Below are positions 13,982 through 28,460 of a stretch of 64,000 nt of DNA, one piece after another. The translations under genes were made by a program, and so were the position numbers. Source of the stretch: Octopus bimaculoides. Its lineage: Eukaryota. The stretch spans positions 37,227,119 through 37,291,118 of the forward strand of contig NC_068996.1 of the NCBI RefSeq assembly GCF_001194135.2. Reading direction: 5' to 3'. How positions within the stretch are numbered: the first letter of the stretch is position 1; each line of letters begins with the position of its first letter. A model generated the notes under the pieces. The model worked only from the letters and a program-made list of their open reading frames with translations. It ran no database searches and had not been told where the DNA came from.

Positions 13982-15820
13982 CACACACACACATCCACNN
14001 NNNNNNNNNNNNNNNNNNNNNNNNNNNNNNNNNNNNNNNNNNNNNNNNNNNNNNNNNNNNNNNNNNNNNNNNNNNNNNNNNNNNNNNNNNNNNNNNNNNN
14101 NNNNNNNNNNNNNNNNNNNNNNNNNNNNNNNNNNNNNNNNNNNNNNNNNNNNNNNNNNNNNNNNNNNNNNNNNNNNNNNNNNNNNNNNNNNNNNNNNNNN
14201 NNNNNNNNNNNNNNNNNNNNNNNNNNNNNNNNNNNNNNNNNNNNNNNNNNNNNNNNNNNNNNNNNNNNNNNNNNNNNNNNNNNNNNNNNNNNNNNNNNNN
14301 NNNNNNNNNNNNNNNNNNNNNNNNNNNNNNNNNNNNNNNNNNNNNNNNNNNNNNNNNNNNNNNNNNNNNNNNNNNNNNNNNNNNNNNNNNNNNNNNNNNN
14401 NNNNNNNNNNNNNNNNNNNNNNNNNNNNNNNNNNNNNNNNNNNNNNNNNNNNNNNNNNNNNNNNNNNNNNNNNNNNNNNNNNNNNNNNNNNNNNNNNNNN
14501 NNNNNNNNNNNNNNNNNNNNNNNNNNNNNNNNNNNNNNNNNNNNNNNNNNNNNNNNNNNNNNNNNNNNNNNNNNNNNNNNNNNNNNNNNNNNNNNNNNNN
14601 NNNNNNNNNNNNNNNNNNNNNNNNNNNNNNNNNNNNNNNNNNNNNNNNNNNNNNNNNNNNNNNNNNNNNNNNNNNNNNNNNNNNNNNNNNNNNNNNNNNN
14701 NNNNNNNNNNNNNNNNNNNNNNNNNNNNNNNNNNNNNNNNNNNNNNNNNNNNNNNNNNNNNNNNNNNNNNNNNNNNNNNNNNNNNNNNNNNNNNNNNNNN
14801 NNNNNNNNNNNNNNNNNNNNNNNNNNNNNNNNNNNNNNNNNNNNNNNTATGTCTGTTTATCTTTGTATTCATTTTCCCCGTGCTAACTTAGGTTATATGA
14901 ATATATATGGTGATGACAATGATGATGATGATGTTAATGACGATGATGATGGTGATAACAATGATGTTAATGATGATGAATGACGATGGTGATGATAGTG
15001 ATGATGATGATGACAATAATGATTAGGTTGGTGACAAATGATGGAGGTGATGGTGGTGGTGGTGGTTGTGAAGGTAATGGTGCTAATAATGATGATGATA
15101 ATGTGGAATATAATGAAAGTAATGATTTTGATGATGTCAGTGTCAATGACAACGTTAATGAAATGATAATGATAATGAAAACAATGAGGGAGTTGGTGAT
15201 AATAATAATGAAGATAGTTATGAGGATAATGATAATGACAACGATGACAGCAACACTGTTGTACTCCAAAATGAAAAAAACAATAACCATTAGCTTGTCA
15301 TCATCGTCATTGTTATCATTGTCGTCGTCATCATTTAACGTCCACTTTTCCATGCTTGCATGGGTCAGACAGAATTCACTGAAGCAGACCTTCTACAGCA
15401 GTGTGCCCTTTCGGTTGCAAACCCACTCCTGCTCCCAACCAAGGTAATATTTCCCCATGACCAGATGTGTTTACATGGAAGATTGGAGGAAACAAAGGAC
15501 ATTGCTTGTCTGATAGTGACACACATTTACAGTTATCACACGATGTTAAGAGAAGGAGTTACTGACTGACATTCCATCAATTACAGCAACAAATGATCCG
15601 ATCAATGGAACAGTCTGCTCATGAAATTAATGTGCAAGTGGCTGAGTATTTCACAGACATACATACCCTTAATGTAGTTCTCAGGGAGATTCAGTGTGAC
15701 ACAGATCGTGACAAGGCTGGCCCTTTTGAATTACAGGTACAAGTGTCTTCTACTATAGTCTCGGGCCAACCAATGCCTTGTGAGTGAATTTGGTAGACAG
15801 AAACTGAAAAAAGCCTGTCA

Positions 15821-15885
<65 letters not shown>

Positions 15886-18146
15886 NNNNNNNNNNNNNNN
15901 NNNNNNNNNNNNNNNNNNNNNNNNNNNNNNNNNNNNNNNNNNNNNNNNNNNNNNNNNNNNNNNNNNNNNNNNNNNNNNNNNNNNNNNNNNNNNNNNNNNN
16001 NNNNNNNNNNNNNNNNNNNNNNNNNNNNNNNNNNNNNNNNNNNNNNNNNNNNNNNNNNNNNNNNNNNNNNNNNNNNNNNNNNNNNNNNNNNNNNNNNNNN
16101 NNNNNNNNNNNNNNNNNNNNNNNNNNNNNNNNNNNNNNNNNNNNNNNNNNNNNNNNNNNNNNNNNNNNNNNNNNNNNNNNNNNNNNNNNNNNNNNNNNNN
16201 NNNNNNNNNNNNNNNNNNATATATATTTATGTGTGTGTGTCTTTGTGCCTTTGTTTGTCCCCTCAACATCGCTTGATAACCGATGCTGGTGTGTTTACGT
16301 CCCCCATAACTTAGCGGTTCGGCAAGAGAGACCGATAGAATAAGTACTAAGCTTACAAAGAATAAGTCTTGGGGGTGATTTCTTCGACTAAAGGCAGTGC
16401 TCCAGCATGGTTGCAGTCAAATTACTGAAATGTGTAAAAGAGCAAAAGAGAAAATGGCATTTTTGCCATTTGAGTGAACTGGAGCAATGTGAAATAAAGT
16501 GTCTTGCTCAAGGACACAACACACCACCAGATATCAAACTCACAATCTTATAATCATGAGCTGAATACCCTAATCATTAAGCCATGTGCCTTCACTCAAG
16601 CTTCTTATCACTCAGCCATGCCTGCACCTATATGTGTATATATATATATGTATCATCATCATCATCATCATCATCATCATTTAATGTCCGTTTTCCATGC
16701 CAGCATGGGTTGGATGGTTTGACTGAGGTCTGGGAAACCAGGAGGCTGTACCAGGCTCCAGTCTGATCTGGCAGTGTTTCTATAGCTGGATGTCCTTCCT
16801 AACACCAACCACTCCGAGAGTGTAGTGGGTGCTTTTTACGTGCCACCGGCATGGAAGCCAGTCAAGGCAGCACTGGCATCAGCCACATTCGGATGGTGCT
16901 TTTCACATGCTACCGGCACAGGGCTCACAATTACAATTTCCATTTGATTTGATTTTGATATTGATGTTGATGTACTTGACTCAATAGGTCTCCTCAAGCA
17001 CGGCATGTCGCCCTATGATCCAAGGTACTTTTGAGTGGGCTGGTTATGCGACACTGGTGTAGGTTACAGCTGTGTACTCACTTTATTTGCTGGGTCTTCT
17101 CAGTCACAGTATACTTCCAGAGGTCTTGGTTTTTTGTCATTGCCTCTGTGAGGCTCAACGTTCGAAGGTCATGCTTCACCACCTCATCCCATGTCTACCT
17201 GGGTCTCCCTCTACTCTAGATTCCTTCCACTGTTTAGGAGTGGCACTTCTTCACACAGTTCTTCTCGTCTATCCGCAGTACATGACCATACCAATGAAAA
17301 CGTCTCTCTTGCACTCCACATCTGATGCTTCTTATGTCTAACATTTCTCTCAGGGCGCTTACACTCAGTCATGTGTGCACACTGACATTACACATCCAGT
17401 GGATCATGCTAGCTTCATTTCTTTCGAGCCTACGCATGTCTTCANNNNNNNNNNNNNNNNNNNNNNNNNNNNNNNNNNNNNNNNNNNNNNNNNNNNNNNN
17501 NNNNNNNNNNNNNNNNNNNNNNNNNNNNNNNNNNNNNNNNNNNNNNNNNNNNNNNNNNNNNNNNNNNNNNNNNNNNNNNNNNNNNNNNNNNNNNNNNNNN
17601 NNNNNNNNNNNNNNNNNNNNNNNNNNNNNNNNNNNNNNNNNNNNNNNNNNNNNNNNNNNNNNNNNNNNNNNNNNNNNNNNNNNNNNNNNNNNNNNNNNNN
17701 NNNNNNNNNNNNNNNNNNNNNNNNNNNNNNNNNNNNNNNNNNNNNNNNNNNNNNNNNNNNNNNNNNNNNNNNNNNNNNNNNNNNNNNNNNNNNNNNNNNN
17801 NNNNNNNNNNNNNNNNNNNNNNNNNNNNNNNNNNNNNNNNNNNNNNNNNNNNNNNNNNNNNNNNNNNNNNNNNNNNNNNNNNNNNNNNNNNNNNNNNNNN
17901 NNNNNNNNNNNNNNNNNNNNNNNNNNNNNNNNNNGTATGCGCATGCATACACACACATGAAAACTCACATATACATATATGTGCATACACACACACATGC
18001 TAACTCACATAAACATTAATGCACATACACACACACATGCAAACTCACATATGCATATATGTGCATACACACACACATTCAAACTCATATTTGCATATAT
18101 GCACATACACACTCACACACATGCAAACTCACATATACATATATGT

Positions 18147-18177
<31 letters not shown>

Positions 18178-19048
18178 TGCAAACTCACATATGCATATAT
18201 GCATGTGCGCGCACATACACACATGCACACACACAATGGGCTTCATTCAGTTTCTGTCTATCATTTCCACTCACAAGGCTCTGTTCAGTCCAAGACTATT
18301 CTAGAAGACATGTGCCATGTAGTGGTAATCATTCATTACCTCACAGCAATGTTATTAAAAATGGCTCTTCCATTATTTCAGCTCTTGTAGAACAGCTGCG
18401 AGATTCTGAGAAGAAACTTCGGTCTGAAATTGAATCTTTAAAGAAAGAAAGGTAAGACTCTTCAGATTTTTGAAGGCAAACAATTTTGAAGGGTGAGATT
18501 AGTCAATTAAATAAGCCCATTACATAACTAGTGCCTGGTTTTATCCACCTTATAGGGATAAAAAAAAAAGGAAAATAGTATCAAAGATCCTCCCTGATCC
18601 ATAGGCTCAAAACGATGGTTTCCTGGATTCTGTGGTATATACAGGATGCGGCAGAAATACCTCCCACATTTGAAAGGTTGACAAAAGGAAAAAGAAACAA
18701 CATTTATGAAAATTTAATTTTACTGTTGTTTAAAGAAAGGGTTACAGTTTTTGTTTATTAGCTAAATGAAAACATCATTAGCACTTGCATAAGTTCATTA
18801 GCAACACATAGGGGAAGGTATAAAACGTGGGAGGTATTTCTGCCGCACCCTGTATATTACCCACTGGAACAGAATGCTGGTTTGTTGCAGAATTACTCAT
18901 TTTTGCCAGCTGAGCAGACTGGAGCAACACAAAATGAAGTGTTCTGCTCAAGAACACAATGCATCGCTCAGTCCAGGAATTGAAACTACAATCTTACGAT
19001 CATGAGTGCCATGTAACCACTAAACCACATGACTCTATCCTCAAAAGC

Positions 19049-19085
<37 letters not shown>

Positions 19086-22000
19086 CAATAAGATGAGTGT
19101 GACTGTTGTTGGTAATAAATAATGATTGACACTGTTTATTAAAATGAAAATGAAACGAATGATAATCCTTTCTACTATAAGCACAAGGCTTGAAATTTTG
19201 GGCAATGGGGAAAGTTGATCACATCGACCCTAGTACTTGACAGGCACTTATTTTATTGTCTTTGAAAAGATGAAAGGCAAAGTTGACCTAAGCAGGATTT
19301 GAACTCAGAACGTAAAGACAGATGAAATGCCACTAAGCATTTTTACCAAGCTTGCTAACAATTCTGACAGCTCACCACCTTCCAATAATAATAATAATAA
19401 TAATACTGATGATGATGATGATAATAATACTTTCTACTATAGGTGCAAGGAGTGAAATTTGTGGGGAGGGGACGAGTTGATTAGTTTTTTTTTTTTCAAC
19501 TCCTTAATATTTCTCTGATTATTCTGGCCGTACCAAGGAAGCATACTTTTTGCAACAGCTCCACTGGATACTCTCTGGCCCCATTTCTTTTATATTCCTC
19601 TCAATGTCTTTTGATATTGTCCCTAAGGTCCCAACAATAATTGGCACTGTCTTCACCTTTTTCTTCACTAACGATGTTGTTTGTCACACCAGTACATGCA
19701 CCTCAACACAAACAAGAGCTCAGGATTCTTGTTCACTCTTCACTAAATGAGCCTCCATTTGCGCCCCTTCATCACATGAAAGTGAGGTTACACACCTGGG
19801 CCAGGAGCCTTTCAGTTTTCTGGTTGTCGGCTTCGAACACTGATAATGAGGTGAGCTTTTCTGTTATCCTCAGAGTGCTATTATATCCAGCAGTCCTCTT
19901 GAAACAGCAGTTTCTGGCGTCTGCTGGTATTGCTACAGCATCTACAGTTGTTTGTCCTTTTCTCACTTTTCTGCATTTCCCACTCTTCTGGGAAGCTTAT
20001 GGTCTTTGGAAAGTTTGAATGTAATTGTTGTTTATATATTGTTGGTACCATTTTATATGCTGTTGTTTGCCATTCCAGTTAATTCTTACTTTCTTGTTAA
20101 CAAAACAGAGACATGACAACTTCAGCTCATCAAGATCAGATACTGCAATTAAAAAATAGCTTTAGACAGAAACTGGAAGAATTTGAAAATAGTCCACTTA
20201 AGGTAAATTAAAAGTCTTATTCTGGTGAAGTTATGAAGAAATACTGAAGGAGTGGGTACAGGTGCAGGAGTGGCTGTGTGGTAAGTAGCTTGCTCACCAA
20301 CCACATGGTTCCAGGTTCAGTCCCACTGCATGGCACCTTGGGCAAGTGTCTTCTGCTATAGCCTCAGGCTGACCAAAGCCTTGTGAGTGGATTTGGTAGA
20401 CAGAAACTGAAAGAAGCTCGTTGTATGTACGTGTGGGTGTGTGTGTGTGTCCAACATTGCTTGACAACCACTGTTGGTGTGTTTGTGTCCCCATAACTTA
20501 GCGGTTCAGCAAAAGAAGCCAATAAAATAAGTACTAGGCTTACAAAAAATAAGTCCTGGGGTCGATTTGCTCGACTAAAGGCGGTGCTCCAGCATGGCCA
20601 TAGTCAAATGACTGAAACAAGTAAAAGAATAAAAGAATAACTATCAAAAAAGCATAGGTTATGAAAAAATATACATAGTTATACATAAGCACAGGCATAG
20701 CTGTATAGTAAAAAGTAGTTTGTTTCCAAACCTCATAGTTCTGGGTTCAGTCCTACTTCATGGCACCTTTGGCAAATGTCTTCTGCTATAACCTCAGGCC
20801 AGCCAAAGCTTTGTGAGTGGATTTGGTAGATGGAAACTGAAAGAAGCCCATCTCCTCCTCCCACTGCTTGACAACTAGTGCAGGTGCCCTTTATGCGTCA
20901 CTGGTACAGGTGCCCTTAACATGTCTCCAGCACAGGTGCCTTTTATGTGTCACTGGCACAAGTGTCTTTTACATGTCACCAGCACTGACAACAATCACAA
21001 TTCAATTAACTTGATGTGTTTTTCAAGCACAGCTAATCACCAGAAGCCTTGATCACTTGTCATTGCTTCCATAAGACTCAACAACCAAAGATCAAATTTC
21101 ACCACCTCGTTTTACACCTTCCTGGAGTGTTTATGTGCCTGTAACTTAGCATTTCAGCAAAAGAGACTGATAGAATAACTACCAGATTTGAGAAAAAAAA
21201 AGATAATAAGTNNNNNNNNNNNNNNNNNNNNNNNNNNNNNNNNNNNNNNNNNNNNNNNNNNNNNNNNNNNNNNNNNNNNNNNNNNNNNNNNNNNNNNNNN
21301 NNNNNNNNNNNNNNNNNNNNNNNNNNNNNNNNNNNNNNNNNNNNNNNNNNNNNNNNNNNNNNNNNNNNNNNNNNNNNNNNNNNNNNNNNNNNNNNNNNNN
21401 NNNNNNNNNNNNNNNNNNNNNNNNNNNNNNNNNNNNNNNNNNNNNNNNNNNNNNNNNNNNNNNNNNNNNNNNNNNNNNNNNNNNNNNNNNNNNNNNNNNN
21501 NNNNNNNNNNNNNNNNNNNNNNNNNNNNNNNNNNNNNNNNNNNNNNNNNNNNNNNNNNNNNNNNNGAAAAACACATCAAGTTAAGTAATTGTGATTGCTG
21601 TCAGTGCTGACGACATGTAAAAGACACTTGTGCCAGTGACACATAAAAGGCACCTGTGCTGGAGACATGTTAAGGGCACCTGTACCAGTGACGCATAAAA
21701 GGCACCAATGCCAATGACACATTGTTAAAACTTATCTGCAATAAATTGGTTATGCTTCTACAATTTTTAACAAGTTTTTACAAACTTTTCCTGGTAATAT
21801 TTAATTATAAAAATATGATAGGATTTTTTAAGCATGAAATGTTTGTGAGGGTCCATCCAAGTAAAATAGGAATCAAATGGGTCCAGAGGTAAAAAAAAAA
21901 AAAAAAATGGTTGAGCAAGATTGTCCAAGTGATTTCGCTGAGACCTTAATTATGATTTCAATGTTGGCTGCTCAGACTCTTGAAAGAGATTTCTTACTAT

Positions 22001-25000
22001 GATTTTTAAATACTTTGTCTGGCTGTTATGCTAATGAACATTCTGAAAAATCTTTCAATTTCCAGCTGGAGACAGTTCTACAAAAAGAAAGAAACAATCA
22101 TATTCTTGAAATTGAGAAATTAAAAGAGGAAATGTCTGAGAGTTTCCACATGGTATGCATTTTTTGATGTTTTCTTGTTTAGAATGTTCAATATCTGTAA
22201 TGGTCACTTAGGAAGTATTCATTCTACAACAGAGTTTGTCATTATATGATTTCTAATTAATTTTTATAATGACGAAGTCTGATAGTTTTTTTTCTGTTAT
22301 TAAATTCCTGGAAGAGTCTTCATATTCCAAGTTCTCTAGTTAAAATGAATCAGATTCATCTGTTGAATGAATGAAGAGTGGAATGATGTGATGGACTCAA
22401 CAATTGGCTAAATGTAAAAATGGATAACCTTTAGATTGCCATTTGTTTTAGGTACCCACTTTAGCATCAGATTACTCAGTGAGGGTCACCAGACATCATC
22501 ATTATTTAACATCCATTTTCCATGCTGTAATGGGTTGGACGGTTTGACAGGAGCTAGTAAGGCCACGGGCTGCACCAGGTTCCATAGTCAGTTTTGGCTT
22601 AATTTCTACAGCTTGATGTCCTTCCAACCCCTTTACAGAGTGTATTGGGTTCTTTCTATGTGGTACCAGCATGAGACAACATTGTGTAAATCTTACATTT
22701 GTTTAGCTTCAATATCAGAAAAACCATCAGTGCAAACTAGTTGCTGATCTTTTTCAAGTGAGAAATGCAACCAACATGGAACAGTTGCTATACACTGAAA
22801 CATTTTAGGCTGAAATATCACGGCCTCACCCATAAATCTGTCTAATTAATTATCAAATTTTTACTCACCAACACAATATAACATGAACTTGTGTGTGAAT
22901 GAGATATACAGAGCATGGAATAAGTGTCTGTAACCTAGACTATAAGAGTCCTGAACACAAAGATAAGAAAGTACCAGTTCATAGAAGAGTTACACAGTAG
23001 GCAGAATGTCCATACACAAGAGGTCGTGGCCGAATAGCAGAGCTGAGGTATCACATGTCGTGTGTGAAGTTGAGCTTCGATGCTGCGACCGGTTACTTGG
23101 TACAGAAGATTCTCGCAGGTTGTTCTGGCTGTTATTTTCGAGGTGGAAACAATCCACACAGTGTTGAGAAGGAACCGCGTTTGCTGTTGGTAGCGTGTAC
23201 TCTGGTGGTGGTGTTGGCGCTGGCGACGACATTGTTGCAGACTATAAATCGGTGGTGTTGACGTCATCGCTTGGAAACTGGCTGGAGCTGTGTTCTGTGT
23301 GGTCTACAACCAGACCTGAAAAGGTCTGAGGTCGCAACAAACTGGCATAGATAAAGCAAGACTATTTATAGATAAAAAGGGGCTCCAGAAACAGCAGAAA
23401 AACAATCTCTCACGTGACCTTAAGAGAAGGCCACAATTGGTCAGTATGCACCCTGGTATGAAACAGAACTGGTGACAAATGCCGCACAAATAAGAGCCAA
23501 TCAGGGTGATGAACACAGCAGGGTCCAGGCGGCCGAAGGCTAGATGTTAGCCGCTACATTATCATTTGTAAATAAATACCCGAGAGAGAGGTTTCACTAC
23601 AAACTCTTATCACCTTGTCTTCAGCTACAATACTTCCAACTGTCTCTAAACTAGCAAGCTGTGTTCCACCATCATTCAGGGTCACTTGACGCATCAGCCT
23701 CTCCTCCCACTATGTTTTATCATTCTTCTATGTCCTAGTTGTGAAACCTGCACCAAACATTTCTTCCCAATGTTACATTCCTCTGGAACACCTTTCTGTT
23801 TATATACTCTCCATACAGATCAAACCTGTTGAAGTTCAGACATCTGTTAAAAAGTTTTCACAGCAAGTCCACATGTTTTTGTTGTATGCATGCAATGTGT
23901 CATGTCACATACTGGATAGTGAAAAAATGTCATTCCATCTTGGCCATTATTTGTCAGACTACCAGTATATTCTACACTTAACATAAATTAAATGTTACTA
24001 AACCCAATGAATGGCTGTGCTAGATATACAAGAAAAGCAATAAGTGTAGGAGGACATGGCTTAGTGGTTAGGGTATTGGACTCATGATCATAGGATCATG
24101 GTTTCAATTCCTGGTCCAGGTGATGTGTGGGGTTCTTGAGCAGAACACTTCATTTGATGTTGCTCCAGTTCACACAGCTGGCAAAAGTGAGTAATCCTGC
24201 AATGGACTGGTATCCCATCCAGGGAGGAATATATATATAAACCAGAGCAACTGGAGAACTAGCCCTATTCTCCTTATGGAGTAATGTGGACTACTTATTC
24301 CTATTCTGTATATCAGTTGTTTCTCTGAAAGCAGTAGACTTCTATCTTCTTTGCTATTCAGCAAGACTCTAGTCTTCACAGAGTTTATTCAGATGCCTCT
24401 AAATGCCAGGCTTTGTTTCCACATTGGTCAAAAGAGATTTTATTCTTGCAAACTGCATAGTGACCTCACTAGTAGTGGTACTATGAAAAAAAAAAGTACT
24501 TGGTACATTCTGTAAAGTGGTTGGCATTGGAAAAGGCATCGAACTCTAAAAAAAAAAAACCCCAAGCCAAAATAGATATGGGAACACGATGCAGTCCTTG
24601 GATCCACTGGATCTTGTCAAACCATCCAACCCACACCAGTATGGATGATGAGGGTTAAATACTGGTAATACTGATATGAAATTCTTCTCTGAAACTTCCA
24701 TAGATTCCACTGTATGGACAAGGTCATCAGCCTGTAGGAATTCTTACAAACAGCCAGTCTTAAATTCCTCTGTTAATGGCCTGAAGGACCATAACTATAA
24801 TAAACAGGAGTAGGCCTGAAAACTGAGTTAAATTAGAATTCCTCTCAAGAGGAATCAAAATTGCCACATCCTGGATCCTGATTATATGGCTTCATATAAT
24901 CAAGATTGTTTCAATCCTAAGAATAATATTTAGGACAAGACTAATTACTTTTATATACAAATTAACCATTGAACCGAATATAGCAAACATAATGATCTAT

Positions 25001-26283
25001 TATTTTGGCAGAGTCTTGAAATTGAGAAACAGAAATATCAGAAACTTTTAGACAAGTACCAAGAGGACAGATTAAATGCTGAAGAAATTGTAAGTTTTAA
25101 TGTTGACTGTTTTGATTTTAAAATCTGGGATTAACATGGCAGTTAGGTTCTGAAAAATTCATTCTGAAATATTTTTTCCTTCTCCTTTTTTTTTTTTTTA
25201 AATTTGTTGTTTTCTTAACAGGTCAGTATTACCACTGTATTCACTTTGCATTTGTGTAACCAGCATTACTCTGCTTCAGGAGGAGAAGAAGGGTGGTGGT
25301 GGTGATGGTGGTTGTGGTGATAGTGGCGGTGGTGGTGGCGGTGGTGGTGGCAGTGGTGGTAGCAGTGGTAGTGGCGATGGTGGTTGTGGTGGTGGTAGGG
25401 GAAATGATGTCAGCGGCAGTAATAGTGGTGGTGGTGGTAGGGGAAATGATGTCAGCGGCAGTAATAGTGGTGGTGGTGGTAGGGGAAATGATGTCAGCGG
25501 CAGTAATAGTGGTGGTGGTGGTGGTGGTGGTAGTACTGCTACTGTTGCTACTGCTGCTGTTGCTGCTGCTGCTGAATTAATAAACGGTGACCCACATATT
25601 GACACTGGAAGGATGATGAAAGAAAAACTTTTGATGCCCCCACCTCCATCCTCTTACAGGATTTAATTTTTTTAAGTGTGAAGAAAATTACAAGCTTTAT
25701 AATCAATATAAGTTAACCTATTATCATCACCATCGTCACTTTTACCATCATCACCACAACCATCATCATCATCATCATTGCCATCGCCGCCGCCGCCACC
25801 ACCACCACTACCATTACCATTACCATCATCACCAATATCATCATGATCATCATCACCACCACCGGTCACTACCACCACCACCATCACCACCAATACCATC
25901 AACATCATCATCATCATCATCATCATCATCATTTCTATGCTTCCATAGCTCGACAGGTTGTTACTGTCCATATCATCTTATATACACAGCAACAGACAAA
26001 CAAACCCTGTGTTGTTTAACCGTGTCACCAGAACTATAGATGCTATCCTCTGAAAGGAGGACCAGATTCTGTATCAGTTTTTTTATTTTTTTTATTTTAG
26101 CAGTTAATGTTCTCCTAGATGGGTTGCCTGCAAAAATACTTACTGAGAAGACTACATCTCACTTGTACATTCTCTCTTTTGAACTCACAATGGAAATAGC
26201 CAGAACAAATACCACAAAAAAAATGTTTTTTTCTTGTCACTGTAACAATTCCGTCAAACTGCTGCCTAATAATAATAATGATG

Positions 26284-26351
<68 letters not shown>

Positions 26352-26580
26352 AAGAATGATGATGATGATGATGATAATAATAATAATGAAAATTCTAACT
26401 GGGTTCCACCTGTGAGGTCATGCGCTGTTTATCTTGATATGAGATCACCATGTTGTGCACATATGGTTGTGATGCATGTGCCTGGTGTACCCTTATCAGA
26501 CGGGTAGTCATGATGTGTATACTGGGCTTCCTATATTTTACCCCAGTGTCACTTTGATGGCATGCACGGCTCTCTCACTC

Positions 26581-26650
<70 letters not shown>

Positions 26651-26979
26651 AATAGTTTGGTGCTTGGGAGTAGAGTGTCTTCCATGATAAGTTAACATCT
26701 AATTTGCAGAGACACCGATGACAACAGGTTATTGTCCGCCCTCAAGGAATCAAGCAGAGCAAGTAAGACCGAGAGCTCTGAGAAGTAAAAACAACAACAA
26801 CAATAGGCATAAAACCCAGAAAACAATGTTATTGGGGGCAGCTAGGATACCTAAGGAGGGTTCTTGGCATCTAAGGTTACTTGTAGCCTAATGTTAGGAT
26901 TTTTTTTTTCCAACAGTCTAATCTGTTGTGTGTATATGAATAATAATAATAATAATCATAATAATAATAATAATAATTA

Positions 26980-27010
<31 letters not shown>

Positions 27011-28429
27011 TATTATTTTTATTATTATTATTAATATTATTATTATTATATCTGAACTAAAAAAATGTAAAGATAGACAAAATGCCGCTAAGCATTTTGT
27101 CCGACTTACTAACAATTCTACCAGCTTGCCACCTTAAGACTTGTAAATATTAAAAGTGAAATATTCCAAGGAGATGCGCTGTCACTTTTCTTATTCTGTA
27201 TTGCACTTGCCTCTCTAAGCACTCTTCTCAACAGCAATGGCTATGGTTCCTAAGCAGTGAAGTGAAAAGTGAATCCAATGTCAATGTAAGAAATCAGTAT
27301 TGTTGCCTGTCATTATCACCATCCCTACCACTGTTTCCATCATCACCATCATAACCACAACCTCCCCCCCCCCATCATCATCATCACTATCACTACTATT
27401 TTAACCCTTTAGCATTCAGCTTACTCTGTCAAATACTTATTTATTCATATTGCTTTGAATAAATCATGCATTATCTCATGGCTTTGAGATTTCAATGATG
27501 TGATTGTTTACTTTTAGAATGACATTGTAGGGTAGGTGTGAGAAACTGGATCTGGTCAGTTTCAACATGAAACAGATAGAATATTTGAGCTGGGTATGTC
27601 CCATTTAAGCCTTTAACATTCAGATTACTCTGTCAAATGTAATACTTATTTATTCATATTGTTTCAAAGTTATCATACATTATCTTGCAACTCTGAGATT
27701 TAGATGAGGGATTGTTTATTTTATTTCAAATGACATTGTAGTGTAGATATGAGAAGCTGAACATAAAGCTGACAGAATATTTGGTTTAAATGCTAAAGAG
27801 TTAATATCACCATTTGCAGCCTAGTATAGGCATAAGTTACATTGATATCAAAGAATTCCAAAAAAAGTTTTGGATCTGCTAATTTCAAGTGAGTTTGCCA
27901 TAGCGAAAGATATATGAACTTAAAGTCATTCTGGTTTTGAATTAATTCCAAACACATCTCATCTGCTGTTGTTTGCATGTTCCAGGCAAAGAAACAAGTG
28001 GCATCAGCCGTGCAGTGCCATGTTGAAGCTATAAATGATTTGGAAGAATTATTATCCAGTACCCGAAATACTTTCACTGAGAATGAAATTGCCTTGAAGA
28101 AAGAGATAGATGGATTGAAAAAAGTCATCAAAGACCTGGAAAAACGTATCGGTTAGTTTCAGTTTTTCTATCCCAACTAATGAGTCACATGGTCTGTAAC
28201 TTTCTTTTTGACATGTGTGCTTTTCGAGTGAAATTTCACTAATACATATTCACATATGCATACATTCATGTGGCAGTGTAGTTAAGAAGTTTGCTTTCTG
28301 GTCACATAGCTTCAGGTTCAGTTCCACTGTGTGGCAACTTGGGCATGTCTTTTGTTTTAGCCCCAGACCAACCAATGCCTTTTGAGTGGATTGCTCTATC
28401 TTCAGATAGTAATGGAAAGAAGTCTGTTG

Positions 28430-28460
<31 letters not shown>

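Noticed and set aside
26700-26895. Possible second R4-like fragment on + (LLGAARI.RRVL-like)
   Set aside because: Too short and degenerate to call with confidence.
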